From Marsupella aquatica (taxonomy: Eukaryota > Plantae > Marchantiophyta): a DNA stretch of 64,000 bases. How positions within the stretch are numbered: the stretch's first letter is position 1; each line of letters starts with the position of its first letter. The DNA lies in the NCBI GenBank assembly GCA_973895155.1, contig OZ316899.1, positions 13,023,934 to 13,087,933 of the forward strand, given 5' to 3'. Shown here piece after piece: positions 50,053 to 61,536 of this stretch. A program made the translations under genes and the position numbers. The notes beneath the pieces are model-generated. The model did no database searches. It was not told where the DNA came from and was given only the letters and a program-made list of their open reading frames with translations.

Positions 50053-53000
50053 ATGGCCCCACCTCTAGCAACCGACTCCCGGTTTGCCTCACTGACGGTC
50101 TAAGGACCGAGCACTCTTGGAACTCAACCTCCATACCTACTAGGCCTTGCCTCCCCAACGCAAGCTCCCTTGGGAGACTGAACGTGACTTGGCTGCTGTT
50201 CGGCAAGATTTGGCAAGCGGGCGAGTTAACACCCGCAAACCCCAAGAACCCATGGTATCCCCAGACCCAGTTGAGCTCAGGAGGGCGTATCCTCGATCAA
50301 GTGCATTCAATCTCAGAGGGGGTCTTCAAGATGGTGAACCTCCTCGGACAAGTACACCTGGGTTCAATTCATTCCAAATGTGGGAGGATCTTGGAGATGG
50401 TGATACACCAGTGAAAGGGAAATCTTGATGAAGTGCATTCAATCTCAGAGGGGGTCTTCAAGATGGTGAACCTTCTCGGATGAATACACCCGAGTCTACA
50501 TCATCCCAATTCTAGGAGGATCAAGGAGCTGCTTATACTCCACCAAAGGAGACACCTCGATCAAAGGCATTCCTTCTTAGAGAGGGTCTTTGAGAAGGCA
50601 ATTCAGTATGGAAGGATGAGTTCCTTGTCAGTGTTGTTCATGCCATGCTACACGGGAAAGGGACCTCTCGATGTGTACAAGCTACTTGTAAGATTTTGAG
50701 CACAAAATTGCCGAAGAGAGTTCAACAATTGCCAGAAGTATATGATGGAGACCATGTTTTTGAGTTGCCACCTTTTACAGGTCCATACTCAAAGGGGTGT
50801 TTCTTTTTGGGCATGGAGCGAAAGAATGATTGTTACATGTGGAGCAGGTTGATTGAGACAGGAGTAAATATCGGCCCAAAGCTAAACAACAATAGTCACT
50901 CTTACAAGATCCAAACTGTGAAGTGTTTGGGTTCTCTACGTTGTATGCATAGGGATTGTGAGAATTTTGAAGAGCGCAAAGAGCACAATTCTGCAAACTG
51001 GACCCAAGATCGAGCAGGCACAAATGAGCTGCCTTTCCCTGTTGGACGCGACGTTCCCCCATCAAGTGTAATTTATAGCTTCTGCATGAGGCCTCCTAGG
51101 TGTATAGTTGGATGCCCAAGTGAGATGTACTACATCACTCCAACCAAGGACGACCTTAATTATTGTCACAAGTCTCGTGGTGCCATGCATGTTGGAAATC
51201 ACACCCATCCCGCAATGTTCACGCACAACAAAGATCAACGATCACTTGTGCGTAATCTTGTGGAGGAGGAACTGAAGAGGAGTCCTACTGCATTGCCGTC
51301 TGTGATCAAGGTCAAAGCAGTACAAAAACTTAAAGATATTTTTGAGGACCCAGTGGCTAAGGTGGTCACCACTGAGGAGGAAAACGACCTTGATGAAATA
51401 TTGGCCATTTTGGGCGACGAATCTGTTTTCCGCTCGATGATCAGGAGCATCAAGAGATACTCTCATGTGTCGTCTGATGTAAGCAGATACTAGAGATGCG
51501 GAAGCAGACTGCATTTCCTTTTATCCAAAGTGTTTTGTTCCCAGCCCAGAACGTGGGAACAAATGAGCGGCCGCACATTTTTAAAATGAGTACAGAAGGT
51601 CCCGGGTCAGGAGTGGACCTTGTTCAAAGAATGCAGCCAGGAGAGGATCTTGAGCATTCTTGGGTGATGTCTGATGTCATGCACTGCATACTTGACAATA
51701 GATGGTGCACTATGTCTGCACATGTATATGACCATTTCTATCAAGGCTTATGCACAATCTTTGTCTGCGAGCTAGTTTCAAAAGATAGCAAGTCATTGCA
51801 AACTGCATGGAAGGTCATGAGGAGGGTATGTGAAGAACATGGGCTGAAGAATGTGCAGTTCTGTGGATTTATGGCTGATAATGCTGCTGCTAGGTGGAAT
51901 GCGATCCGCAATGAATTTTGGGATGGAAAAGTAAATTCCCATAGAGAGAGGTTTGATGCATTTCACTGGGCCCAATTAGTACAGAGAATGCAGAAGCACA
52001 TTGTCCCAAGTAAGAGATTCGAGCATAAAGAATTGTGGTATTCACTTCGGCACGCCGGTAATATAGTTCTTGCCTATCAAGTTTTTGAGAAGCTGAAAAT
52101 ATGGTGGAATGAGGGCAATGTGCTACCAGGAAAAGCAAAGGAGCTCACCACGTGGATGTCTTGGTGGATTGTTTGGTTTTCTCAGTGGGGAAACTTTTTG
52201 AGACTCGTAAGTGTCTTAACACTTTCCCTCTCTATGCATGATATCCATCAACATGTTGGATCTCGGCGAAGCTCTCCGAGATACGCTCTGATACACCTAT
52301 TTTGTCTATTGCCTAGAACATAAAAAATCACCAAAATTGATATGTTTTCTGGAACAATATTGCAGGAGATGGACAGAGAAAAGGCAGCACTCATGCCTAA
52401 CCACAGCAGGGCAGAGTCGGTACACGCATCTATGCATAAATCCTCATCTAGTACAAAGGTTGGGTTAGTACAATCTTGTACCCTGGATGCATCTCACACG
52501 TTGAGCCATAATGGAGCTTTGAAGAACTACAAACTTAGTGGGAGGAAAGGACGGAGACCGAGCTTGTTTGAACTTTGACTTCGAGATGCTATTGCCGTTG
52601 GGAATGTAGAATCTTTCTTTCCAAAATTGAACACCGCTGTAACTCAACCACACTTGCGTGAGTTCTCATCCGCGGATCCACTTAGCGGAGATGTAGAAAC
52701 GGTTCCAATGAAACGCGGGAAGGCCGCTGCTGGCCATCATGTTGTAGTAGAAGATTCCCACCGGCCTGACATTGTTTTGGTAACCAGACCAAAGAAGAGG
52801 AAGTTCAGGGGGATTGCGAATAGGGACGCGCGCAAACTTGAAAAGCCAGGATGCTGAAGTTGTGGATCTATCCAACGATGGCTCTTGTGGCTCGGGAAAA
52901 CCAGATGTTGTCATTGTGGAACCCCAAAAGACGAGGTCAACCCCACGTCTAGAGCCCGTGAGAAGACGTGTTCAGGAAAGTGATTTGGTTCCAAGCATGT

Positions 53001-53842
53001 TCTTTTTGGCTCGCATCTCAACGATTAGTAAGAGTCCGGGTTGTTGAGGTGCATTCAAAGGCAAGGAACGGGGAGTATGTACTCAATTTATTAGAGAGGC
53101 AGGACTAAAAGTAAGCGGATTAGGCATTGTCGGTATCTGTTGGCTGGCTGGGAGTAAATTTAACGAACCAGGTGTTCCATATCCGTATTGGTTTTGCCCA
53201 AACAACCAGTGTTGCACAAAATCATCTTTGCCATTTATTATCGGTGTTTTACCACCACTGCCTTCAAAGTTTTATGTCTCTTGTGGAACTAATCTTACAG
53301 AAGAAGAGGTCCTGTTCTTGCACAACAATGGAGTGGACGTCATTTTTGGTGAAGATGTTATGAATGAATTGGTGAGTGTTGGCGACATCATAATGGATTT
53401 GAACACATACCCAAAGCGGATAGATCCTACAATGCCTGATGAGCGTGGTACTCGATGCAATGGTCAGACAAGGCAAAGGAGGTCAGACACCTCCAAGTAC
53501 ACTGCCACATGTATCCATAATGCTAAGACCGAGGCAATTGTGTGCACATCAATGAGGAGAATCAAAACAGGGAATGCTACAGGCGTGAGGCTCATGGTGA
53601 ACAACACTTGCAGGGGCCAAACTTCAATACATTGCGTACAGATCTGTGTCTTCCCAAGTTGCTCCTGCAAGGATTTCATGTACAGGGAGTCTATGGGAAG
53701 AGCCTACTTCCCGTGCAAGCACTTGTACTGCTGCTTTGCAAACATCTTGAAAAGGAATATCGACACGGATCAATGTGTTAACCAACCAATCTTGACTCTA
53801 ACTGAGGTCAGCAACCTTGTATCAAATGCGGGTATTGTTTGA
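50053..53842 (+). pseudogene. Second, diverged MULE-type/SWIM transposase of the same family
   Basis: FELPP, HIFKMSTEGPGSGVD, WVMSDVM, FMADNA, DAFH, RAESVHASM, CSCKDF...CKH; intron 52207-52365 at the same position as in copy 1; several stops; start approximate. Confidence 0.85.
50291..50600 (+). repeat. 132-bp (44-codon) tandem repeat, about 2.3 units
   Basis: cctcgatcaagtgcattc-type unit starts at 50291, 50423 and 50555. Confidence 0.8.
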
Positions 53843-54905
53843 TCTTGGCGACCTCCGCCAACATGAACAGGTTTCCTTCCTCATTGTATCTTGGAGACCC
53901 TCGCCAACATTGTATTTTGGAGACCCTCGCCGACATAGTATTTCGGAGACCCTCGTCAACATTTACCAAATAGCCAAATAGGGTCACCTGTTTTGGGCCT
54001 AGGGTTTAGGGTTTAGGAAAAATGACCGTTTTATGTGACCGATATTATGTATCAACGGTTCCTATGAATGGATGAATGTGTTAACCAACCAATCTTGACT
54101 CTAACTGAGGTCAGCAACCTTGTATCAAATGCGGGTATTGTTTGATCTCGGCGACCTCCGCCAACATGAACAGGTTTCCTTCCTCATTGTATCTTGGAGA
54201 CCCTCGCCGATATTGTATTTTAGAGACCCTTGCCGACATAGTATTTCGGAGACCCTCGTTGACATTTACCAAATAGCCAAATAGGGTCACCTGTTTTGGG
54301 CCTAGGGTTTAGGGTTTAGGAAAAATGACCATTTTATGTGACCGATCTTATGTATCAACGGTTCCTATGAATGGATGAATGTGTTAACCAACCAATCTTG
54401 ACTCTGAGGTCGGCAACCTTGTATCAAATGCCGTTTTGTCTGATCTTGGTGACCTCTGCCGACATGAACAGGTTTCCTTCCTCGTTGTATCTCAGAGACC
54501 CTCGCCGACATTGTATTTCTGAGACCCTCGCCGATAGGGTATTTTGGAGACCCTCGTCGACATTGTATTTTGGAGACCCTCGCCGACATTTACCAAACAG
54601 CTGATTAGGGTCACCTGTGTTGGGCCTAGGGTTTAGGGTTTAGGGAAAATGACCAACCAATCTTGACTCTGAGGTCGGCAAACTTGTATCAAATGCCGGT
54701 ATTGTCTGATTTGGGCGACCTCCGCCGACATGAACAGGTTTCCTTCCTCATTGTATCTTGGAGACCCTCGCCAACATTGTATTTTGGAGACCCTTGCTGA
54801 CATTTACCAAACAGCCAAATAGGGTCACCTATTTTGGGCCTAGGGTTTAGGGTTTAGGGTTTAGGAAAAATGACCGTTTTATGTGACCAATATTATGTAT
54901 CCGTT
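53772..54905 (+). repeat. ~303-bp tandem repeat (4 units) with TTTAGGG motifs and internal GAGACCCTCGCCGACA subrepeats
   Basis: Unit starts at 53772, 54075, 54378 and ~54653; each unit has cctagggtttagggtttagg. Confidence 0.93.
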
Positions 54906-55013
54906 GTCCTAGTCGGTTTAGTGTTTAGGGTTTGCTATGGACAGGGTCACATTAGGAGGGTAGACCATTGGCCCGCTCTCAGATTAGGCATGTTTCTTAG
55001 TTACAAACTTACT

Positions 55014-55483
55014 ATGGATCGCGGCGCAGGCAAACGTGAGCTTTTGATTGATAGGACACAACAAAAGCTTAGATTGGAATTGGTGACGCTTTTGGCTAGT
55101 AAGGAACAAGACCATGCTCGCATTTGGAATCCTCGTTATCCCCTACAATGTCACCCCCCAGTGAGTAACTTGATTCCAGGGTTGCCTGATGATGTTGTGG
55201 AGTTGCACATCTGGCCCCGGATTTGGTCAATGCTCAAAGGTGTCACAGTTTTGGATCCAGTTTGGGATGGTCATCACCCAGTGAAGACTCTCTTCCTGAC
55301 GGTGCAATCAGTTGCTCATATCAACAGGAAATAGAGACATTTGATAACAAACTCCATACTATGGGTTGCAATGACTACAACTATAGCATTTTGTCGCGTA
55401 AGATGGCCTACTGTGACCCCTTTGTTCTTTCGAGATTCAGTGAGAGCCTTCCCACCGAGCGATGTTTGGAGTCGGTTGTCTGA
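55014..55483 (+). pseudogene. F-box-like ORF 1, disrupted
   Basis: YPL...LIPGLPDDVVELHIW...INRK*RHLI (stop where W is expected). Confidence 0.6.
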
Positions 55484-56280
55484 TAGTATCTTAAATGGAA
55501 GCATTGATTCTTGGTTGTGATGTGCTTCAGAGGAAGTGGACTGCTACCTCTCAATATATGGTCTTGAGCAAGCGCGAGTAGAGTCTTGGAAAAGGACTTG
55601 TGTTGATAACTGGTACATTGAACAGGTTCAAGAAAAACTTGATAATGGTATTCCTGTTAATCGTGACAATTTTTAGCGACATCGACTGAGCACCAATGTG
55701 AAAGCTGTTTGCCCACATTGAATGCCATGTCAAATATCATCCTGCATTAGATTGATCTAGTGTCATCTCGTCATAATTTTAGTGTAATAGACCAATTAGA
55801 ACAATTTTGTACAAAAAAAATTGAATAGTATAAGTTTGGACGTTTTTTGAGCGGAATCTCAGTGCGGTGTTCCCGTTATGTTAGTGACCTCTTCAACATA
55901 CATAGCAGTACACAATTGTCCTTCTCATGTTGGCGAGAGTCTCTGAGATGTGTCTTGTAGAGGTCGTTTACCATCACTTTTGTCCTTGTGAAATCGGCCA
56001 GAGTCTTTGAGATAAGTCTACTATATTGTGTTGACAAATTGGCGGGCACAATCTGCAAAATCTCATAGACCCTCTCTGAGATGGATAACATATAGGAGAC
56101 CCCGTAATATATCGAACAATCCCATAATATTTAGATAATGTTTTTTTTTAGTTCATTTGCTCCTAGCAATCAAACCATAAATTTTGGGCAAAATGTGTGA
56201 GGTCAATCATCCATATCACTATTCACTCTTTGGTCGCCTTATCATGGAGGTCTCTACTTGACACTATTCTCTTGTTCAAC

Positions 56281-56709
56281 ATGGAAGGATCCAATGCGCA
56301 GAGGTGTTATCATGAGAAGTGCGCTGCACGGCTTGAGAAGTTCAGGACGACCATTACTGAGCTAAAATTGATAGCTCTTTCCGATAAGTTGTCAATATGG
56401 AGTTCTCCGGGGAGTTTTGGGGGTGAGCCTATGCGTTATCCATTGCGCAGTCAGGAAGCCCAAAAGCAGAGTCTCATCCCTGGCCTCCCGGATGATCTGA
56501 TGGAGGGACACATTTGGCCTCTACTTCGAAATAGATTTGAATGTGCAAATGCTCATGGCAGAGATGATAATGCTACATTCAACGCAATCAACAACATGCG
56601 TGTATTGTCAAGAGTTAGTAGGAAATGGAGATTCCTAATGACTCACTCGAAGGGATGGGCAGCCATAAAAGTGCTGCTGGACATTGTTGAAAACATATCT
56701 GAAAATTGA
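56281..56709 (+). CDS. F-box-like ORF 2 (may extend past the stop as a pseudogene)
   Basis: YPL...SLIPGLPDDLMEGHIW...LSRVSRKWRFL. Confidence 0.65.
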   Translation: MEGSNAQRCYHEKCAARLEKFRTTITELKLIALSDKLSIWSSPGSFGGEPMRYPLRSQEAQKQSLIPGLPDDLMEGHIWPLLRNRFECANAHGRDDNATFNAINNMRVLSRVSRKWRFLMTHSKGWAAIKVLLDIVENISEN

Positions 56710-58180
56710 CATTGGACTCGACACTCAACCACGTCCACGTTTTGAGTCCTCTTGCATTAAATTCCTCCTATTGATGCCCTCGCGATGATGTCACCTATAT
56801 CATTGAAGTCTTGGGTGGCAATATTATGTTTGGAGGATAGAGAGATATGAGAGGGATCTGTATGACAATTTCTTTGACAAGGATGAGCTTGGAAGGGTCA
56901 AGCTATGGGTGGAGAACAGGCTACACACATTGTTGTGGTGTGACGATGTAGCGAGTTGGGAGAGCAACAATCCTGATAGTGGGTACGGGCTTCATAGTGA
57001 TGACATTTGATCATTTAGGGTTTAGGTCGGCCGCCATTGTTGGTTTAAGTTTAGTTTAGAAGAATTTATCCTCACCCCTGGTAGTTTTGGTTCAGATTTT
57101 GTAACATGGACAAATTGTGGAAAGCCTTTTCTGAGGAAGTGTTCTAAAGGAGTATTCAATCTACATTTTTCAAACCTTTTGAAACCTTTTAAGCGACAAA
57201 TGAAGTTATTTACAGAAGACGAAGGAGTTAAAGCTCTAAAACTGCTTTCACATTGAAGGATCCTTTTTAATCGACAATTGCTTTTACATCGAAAGAATCG
57301 TTCAGGCGTTTTTAGTTGGATTTTGATTCAACTTCTCTTAAACCGTTTTCCCTCTCCCTTTTTCTACCCGAGCTCATTAGATAGAACTTAGTTTAGCCAA
57401 AACTACTTTAGTTATCATTAGGCGATTTAATTTAGGAAAGTAGTTCAAACCACTTACCTCTTCAGATCTTCCATCAGTAGTTAGTTTTTAGGTAGTTAGA
57501 AAACCTTTTCAGATCTCTTTGATCTGTGAGGGAGTATTACAATTGAACTCCCAGGCAAATTTGCCTTGTCATTTTTCTTTGGAAACGGTTTGTGACCAAG
57601 TATGGGTCTTTTCCTCGTGCCAAATTGGGCGTAGGAGGGAGAATCGTTGAATAAGAAAATGCACCATTAAAATTTCACTATTGTTCATGAATTCCTCATT
57701 ACTTTCTCGTAAACTTTGGAATGGGTGAACATCTTTTAAGAAAACGTTTCTTGAGTTTTGCATGGAAAATATGAGTAAATTTTGAAATCTAGAGTTTAGA
57801 GAATTGTAATGACACTCCTAATGTAAAACCGATCTCTATGGAGTATATGGAATTTAGGAGTGAAATGAAAATCAAACTTCTATGGAGAAAGAACGATAAT
57901 CAGAGAGATTCCATACCAAAACAATTAAACAGAAATATGTTATATGTCTTTTAGCAAGTATGATAAAATAGAGATCCTTTAAGATCTCAAAAACAGTAAT
58001 ACCGTCATAAATCGATTTCCTTTATTCCTTACGGGAACGAATTCGAGTTTCTAAGATACATTTTATACAAGTTTCATCTAAAACACTTACCACACAAATT
58101 TTGTACAAGTTTGTGATTAATAAATGACTTGACATTTGCACAACAAACATGTTTGGCACAGTGTTTTTTCAATGTCGGCT

Positions 58181-58585
58181 ACCTCACCGACATGCAAAAC
58201 TCAGCTTGGGTCTCTGAGATGAATCTTGGTCAGATCTTGGCGGCCTTCTCCGAGATATACTGGCATACGTCAAATCGCTGCATGTATGTCAGATCATCAA
58301 TGTCGACCACCTCGCCGACATGCAAAACTTGGCGAGGTCTCTGAGATGAATCTTGGTAAAATCTCAGCGGTCTTCTCCGAGATATACTGGCGTACATCAA
58401 ATCACTGGACGTACGTCAGATCGCCAATGTCGACCACCTCGCCGACATGCAAAACTCGGCGAGGGTCTCTAAGATGATTCTTGGCCAGATCTCGGCGGCC
58501 TTCTCCAAGATATGCTGGCATATGTCAGATTGCTGGACATACGTCAGATCGCCAATGACATGCAAAACTTGGCGAGGGTCTCTGA
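58181..58585 (+). repeat. ~128-bp tandem repeat (3+ units) with CTCGCCGA/TCGGCGAG inverted motif
   Basis: Unit starts at 58181, 58309 and 58436. Confidence 0.9.
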
Positions 58586-58971
58586 CACATTTTGCGGTTT
58601 TGAGCAGGCAACTTAGTTTTGAGCACGCAGCTGAGTGAAGTTGGCGACCCTCGCCAAGATCTTTTCCCAACACAAAACAGCCAAGCGTAGCGTCTAACCC
58701 GCCAAGGAGAGACAATGTATGAAGTTTCCAAAACAATTATAGTAAAGATCAAGTTGGTGGTCTCGCTGACATTCTATTTTGGTCGCATTAATGTGTACGA
58801 AAAGGACATATTGGGTCTGCTTGAATGATTTTACGATGTTGGCAAGTTTGCCGACATATCCTTGCCAATGTCAGAGACCTCGCCCACATCCCCTCACTGT
58901 GGACCCTTCACTGATATCAGTGACTGATATCAGTTATCAGTCACTGATAACTGGTGATGTTACCTATCTCA

Positions 58972-59390
58972 AAAGGACTATAGTCCTTGGAAAAGGAGTA
59001 TAGTCCTCGAAAAAGGAGTAGTCCTTGGAAAAGGAGTAGAGTCCTTGGAAAATGAGTAGAGTCCTTGACAAAGGACTATAGTCCTCGGAAAAGGAGTAGA
59101 GTCCTTGGAAAAGGAGTAAAGTCCTTGAGAAAGGACTCTAGTCCTTGGCAAAGGAGTAAAGTCCTTGAGAAAGGACTCTAGTCCTTGGCAAAGGAGTATA
59201 GTCCTTGGAAAAGGAGTATAGTCCTTGAGAAAGGACTATAGTCCTCGGAAAACGAGTATAGTCCTTTTATACGGTCCTTTGGAAGGACTATTAAGGTCCT
59301 TGGGGAAGGACTACAGTCCTGACCATAGACCTTCGTCAGTTAAGGACTATTAATAGTCCTTGACTAGGGACTACTAACAGTCTTTAGTCC
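58972..59390 (+). repeat. 20-bp minisatellite (gtccttggaaaaggagtata), about 15 units then decaying
   Basis: Directly visible in the sequence. Confidence 0.95.
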
Positions 59391-59413
59391 ACAAAAATTA
59401 TTCAAATCTTACC

Positions 59414-60314
59414 TTTACAACACACTGGGTACTTGTAGCGATCACAATGGCTGACTAGCTAAAAAGGAAAACTACTCATCAAGGAGTGGAGATAAGAGTT
59501 CAATCAAATCTGGCAAAATGGACATAACAGTTACATCAATCACATAGAGTTTCTCACCTGTGTATCCTCCAGCCAGTGCACTTGATGTGTTTGAACCATT
59601 TTCCATCCTATCGCAATCTGGCTTCATTATTCTTACATGGAGAAAATCCTAGTATGAGTTTCCCAAAAGTGTTCCACCTGGATTCGAACTTCATCAGAAA
59701 TCTTGTCTTGACGTACCTTTCTTTCCCCCATAGGATACATTTTTTTACTGTCTGCATCAATCTGTATCCTCATCTTAGATACTCTATGAAGATTTTGCCG
59801 TTGTATACCCAAAGCTTTCGCTAGAGAGGTCTGCTGCCTTTTATCTACACATGTCTTTCCTACAAGTGCTGACAAAACTTGGTACTTTGCAGCCAGGTGG
59901 TCTTTGTGCTTCCCTGGCTTCACTATGCTCAAGGTTTTTCTCACATCAATCAATGCAGCAGCTACAGCCCCATCTACTTTAGGTGAACCTAGTCGTGTCG
60001 GCTGGTACTTCTTCAAATACTTGTGTAACCAGACCCTAGATAGTACTGCCCTCCTTGCACCTAGATTGAATGTAGCAGTCTTCTCTAGAATGTACCTAAC
60101 TATATCTGATGAGACAACTGTAATACACCTACGCTTTTGATTGGGAGTTTCACAGTCATCAGTAGCAGGGCGCTTCTTCCTTTCATATTCAATTCTCTTC
60201 CTGCCTGCCTGCCTGCATCCTTCCTTCTCTTCTCAAGTATGGCAGCTTGCTGCACTTGGCGATCACAGCCAGAGTTGTGATCTTGCTCACCTTCATTAAG
60301 TGTGTAGTTTGCTA
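59414..60314 (-). pseudogene. N-terminal fragment of a probable DNA transposase (HTH-like), superfamily not assigned
   Basis: LAKALGIQRQNL...RKVRQDKISDEVRIQVEHFW..HTR; splice-donor-like sites at ~59556 and ~59412. Confidence 0.45.
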
Positions 60315-61213
60315 TGAAGAACCAAAAACACACTTAAAGGTCTTCAAACTCGGTATTCGTTCCCGTAAAGAACAAGATGGGGTTGATTTGATACATAAAA
60401 ACACAAATGAGAGTTTAAGAACTCTCTTTAACACATAGTAATCAGAATTGATTACTTTAATAAGGTATTTTGAAGATCGCTCCACAGCGGTGAGTAGTTT
60501 TTAATGGTAACTCAGCATTGGGTAACCATAAATTAATGAAAAGGAAATGATTAACAAAACACAAGGAAAAATATCTCAAAGTATGCTAAGGGAGTCTGGA
60601 ATTTTCCAAGGTTACTCCTTAGACATAAGTCAAAATGAAAAGACTTAAGGATACAAATCCATATTGCTTTTCAGATCTAAATTGCTTACTAGATTACCTT
60701 TTAAAATGCCGTCAACATGTCTTATCCTTTCTTTCTAAGTGGTACTCAGATAAGATCTAAAAGGTAGCTACTTCAACATTTAGATGGTACTAAGCAACAT
60801 AAAAGAAAATCCATCAATTTCAAATAAGACTTAAACTCAGTGAGTTAACTCCAAGAACTCAGGAGATTGTAATGAGTCACCAAAGAGGAATCTGTCATCA
60901 CATCTCATAAGATTTACACAATTGGAATTTTACTTCCCATGATTTATTCAAAGGATTAAACCACAAGAAGGAGGAAAGTCTTCTCCTGGTGTCAAGCTTC
61001 GAACTCTTAACATTCATGATCAACTGGCAGAACACCAAGGAAAGGCAAAAATTGCTAGACTTTACCATAATCTACACTAGTGGTGGAGGGGTCTTATAGT
61101 AAAAATCTACAGAGTAAGAGGTCACAGGGTCGAAGAGACATGCCTCTTCATACCCCTCAAAATTTTTAAACTACAAAACTGTGAGTGAAAAGTCGGAAAA
61201 ATGACTAAGTCTG

Positions 61214-61335
61214 AACTAGTAAACTAGTAAACTCGTAAATGACTTATACTCGTAAACTAGTAAACTATTAAACTAGTAAACTCGTAAAAACGTAAAGTCG
61301 TAAACTCGTAAAGTCATTGACTCGTAACTCGTAAT
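61214..61335 (+). repeat. 8-bp repeat tract (aaactagt/aaactcgt)
   Basis: Directly visible; lies between the accessory ORF and the PPT. Confidence 0.8.
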
Positions 61336-61536
61336 CGCGGTAAAGTAAAGACTTGATGAATTCAACTATTTTTAATTTCCTAACTATAAGTCAGAAAACT
61401 CTGAGATTTTGCCAGGAGGTTTTGCTAGGTACAGACTATACACTAAAGAAGTATGACGGCTTCCAAAGCTCTAGAACGCTTTTATAAAAATCAGATGAGA
61501 TGCACTACTCTAAAAACTAACTAAAAACACACTTCT

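Noticed and set aside
53880-54810. CRISPR-like appearance of ~26-bp GAGACCCTCGCCGACA repeats
   Set aside because: Repeats are adjacent without unique spacers, there are no cas genes, and the context is eukaryotic
53995-54865. True telomere or chromosome end
   Set aside because: Only 2-4 TTTAGGG units per block, embedded within a larger internal repeat
58972-59270. CRISPR array
   Set aside because: Head-to-tail 20-bp minisatellite with no spacers
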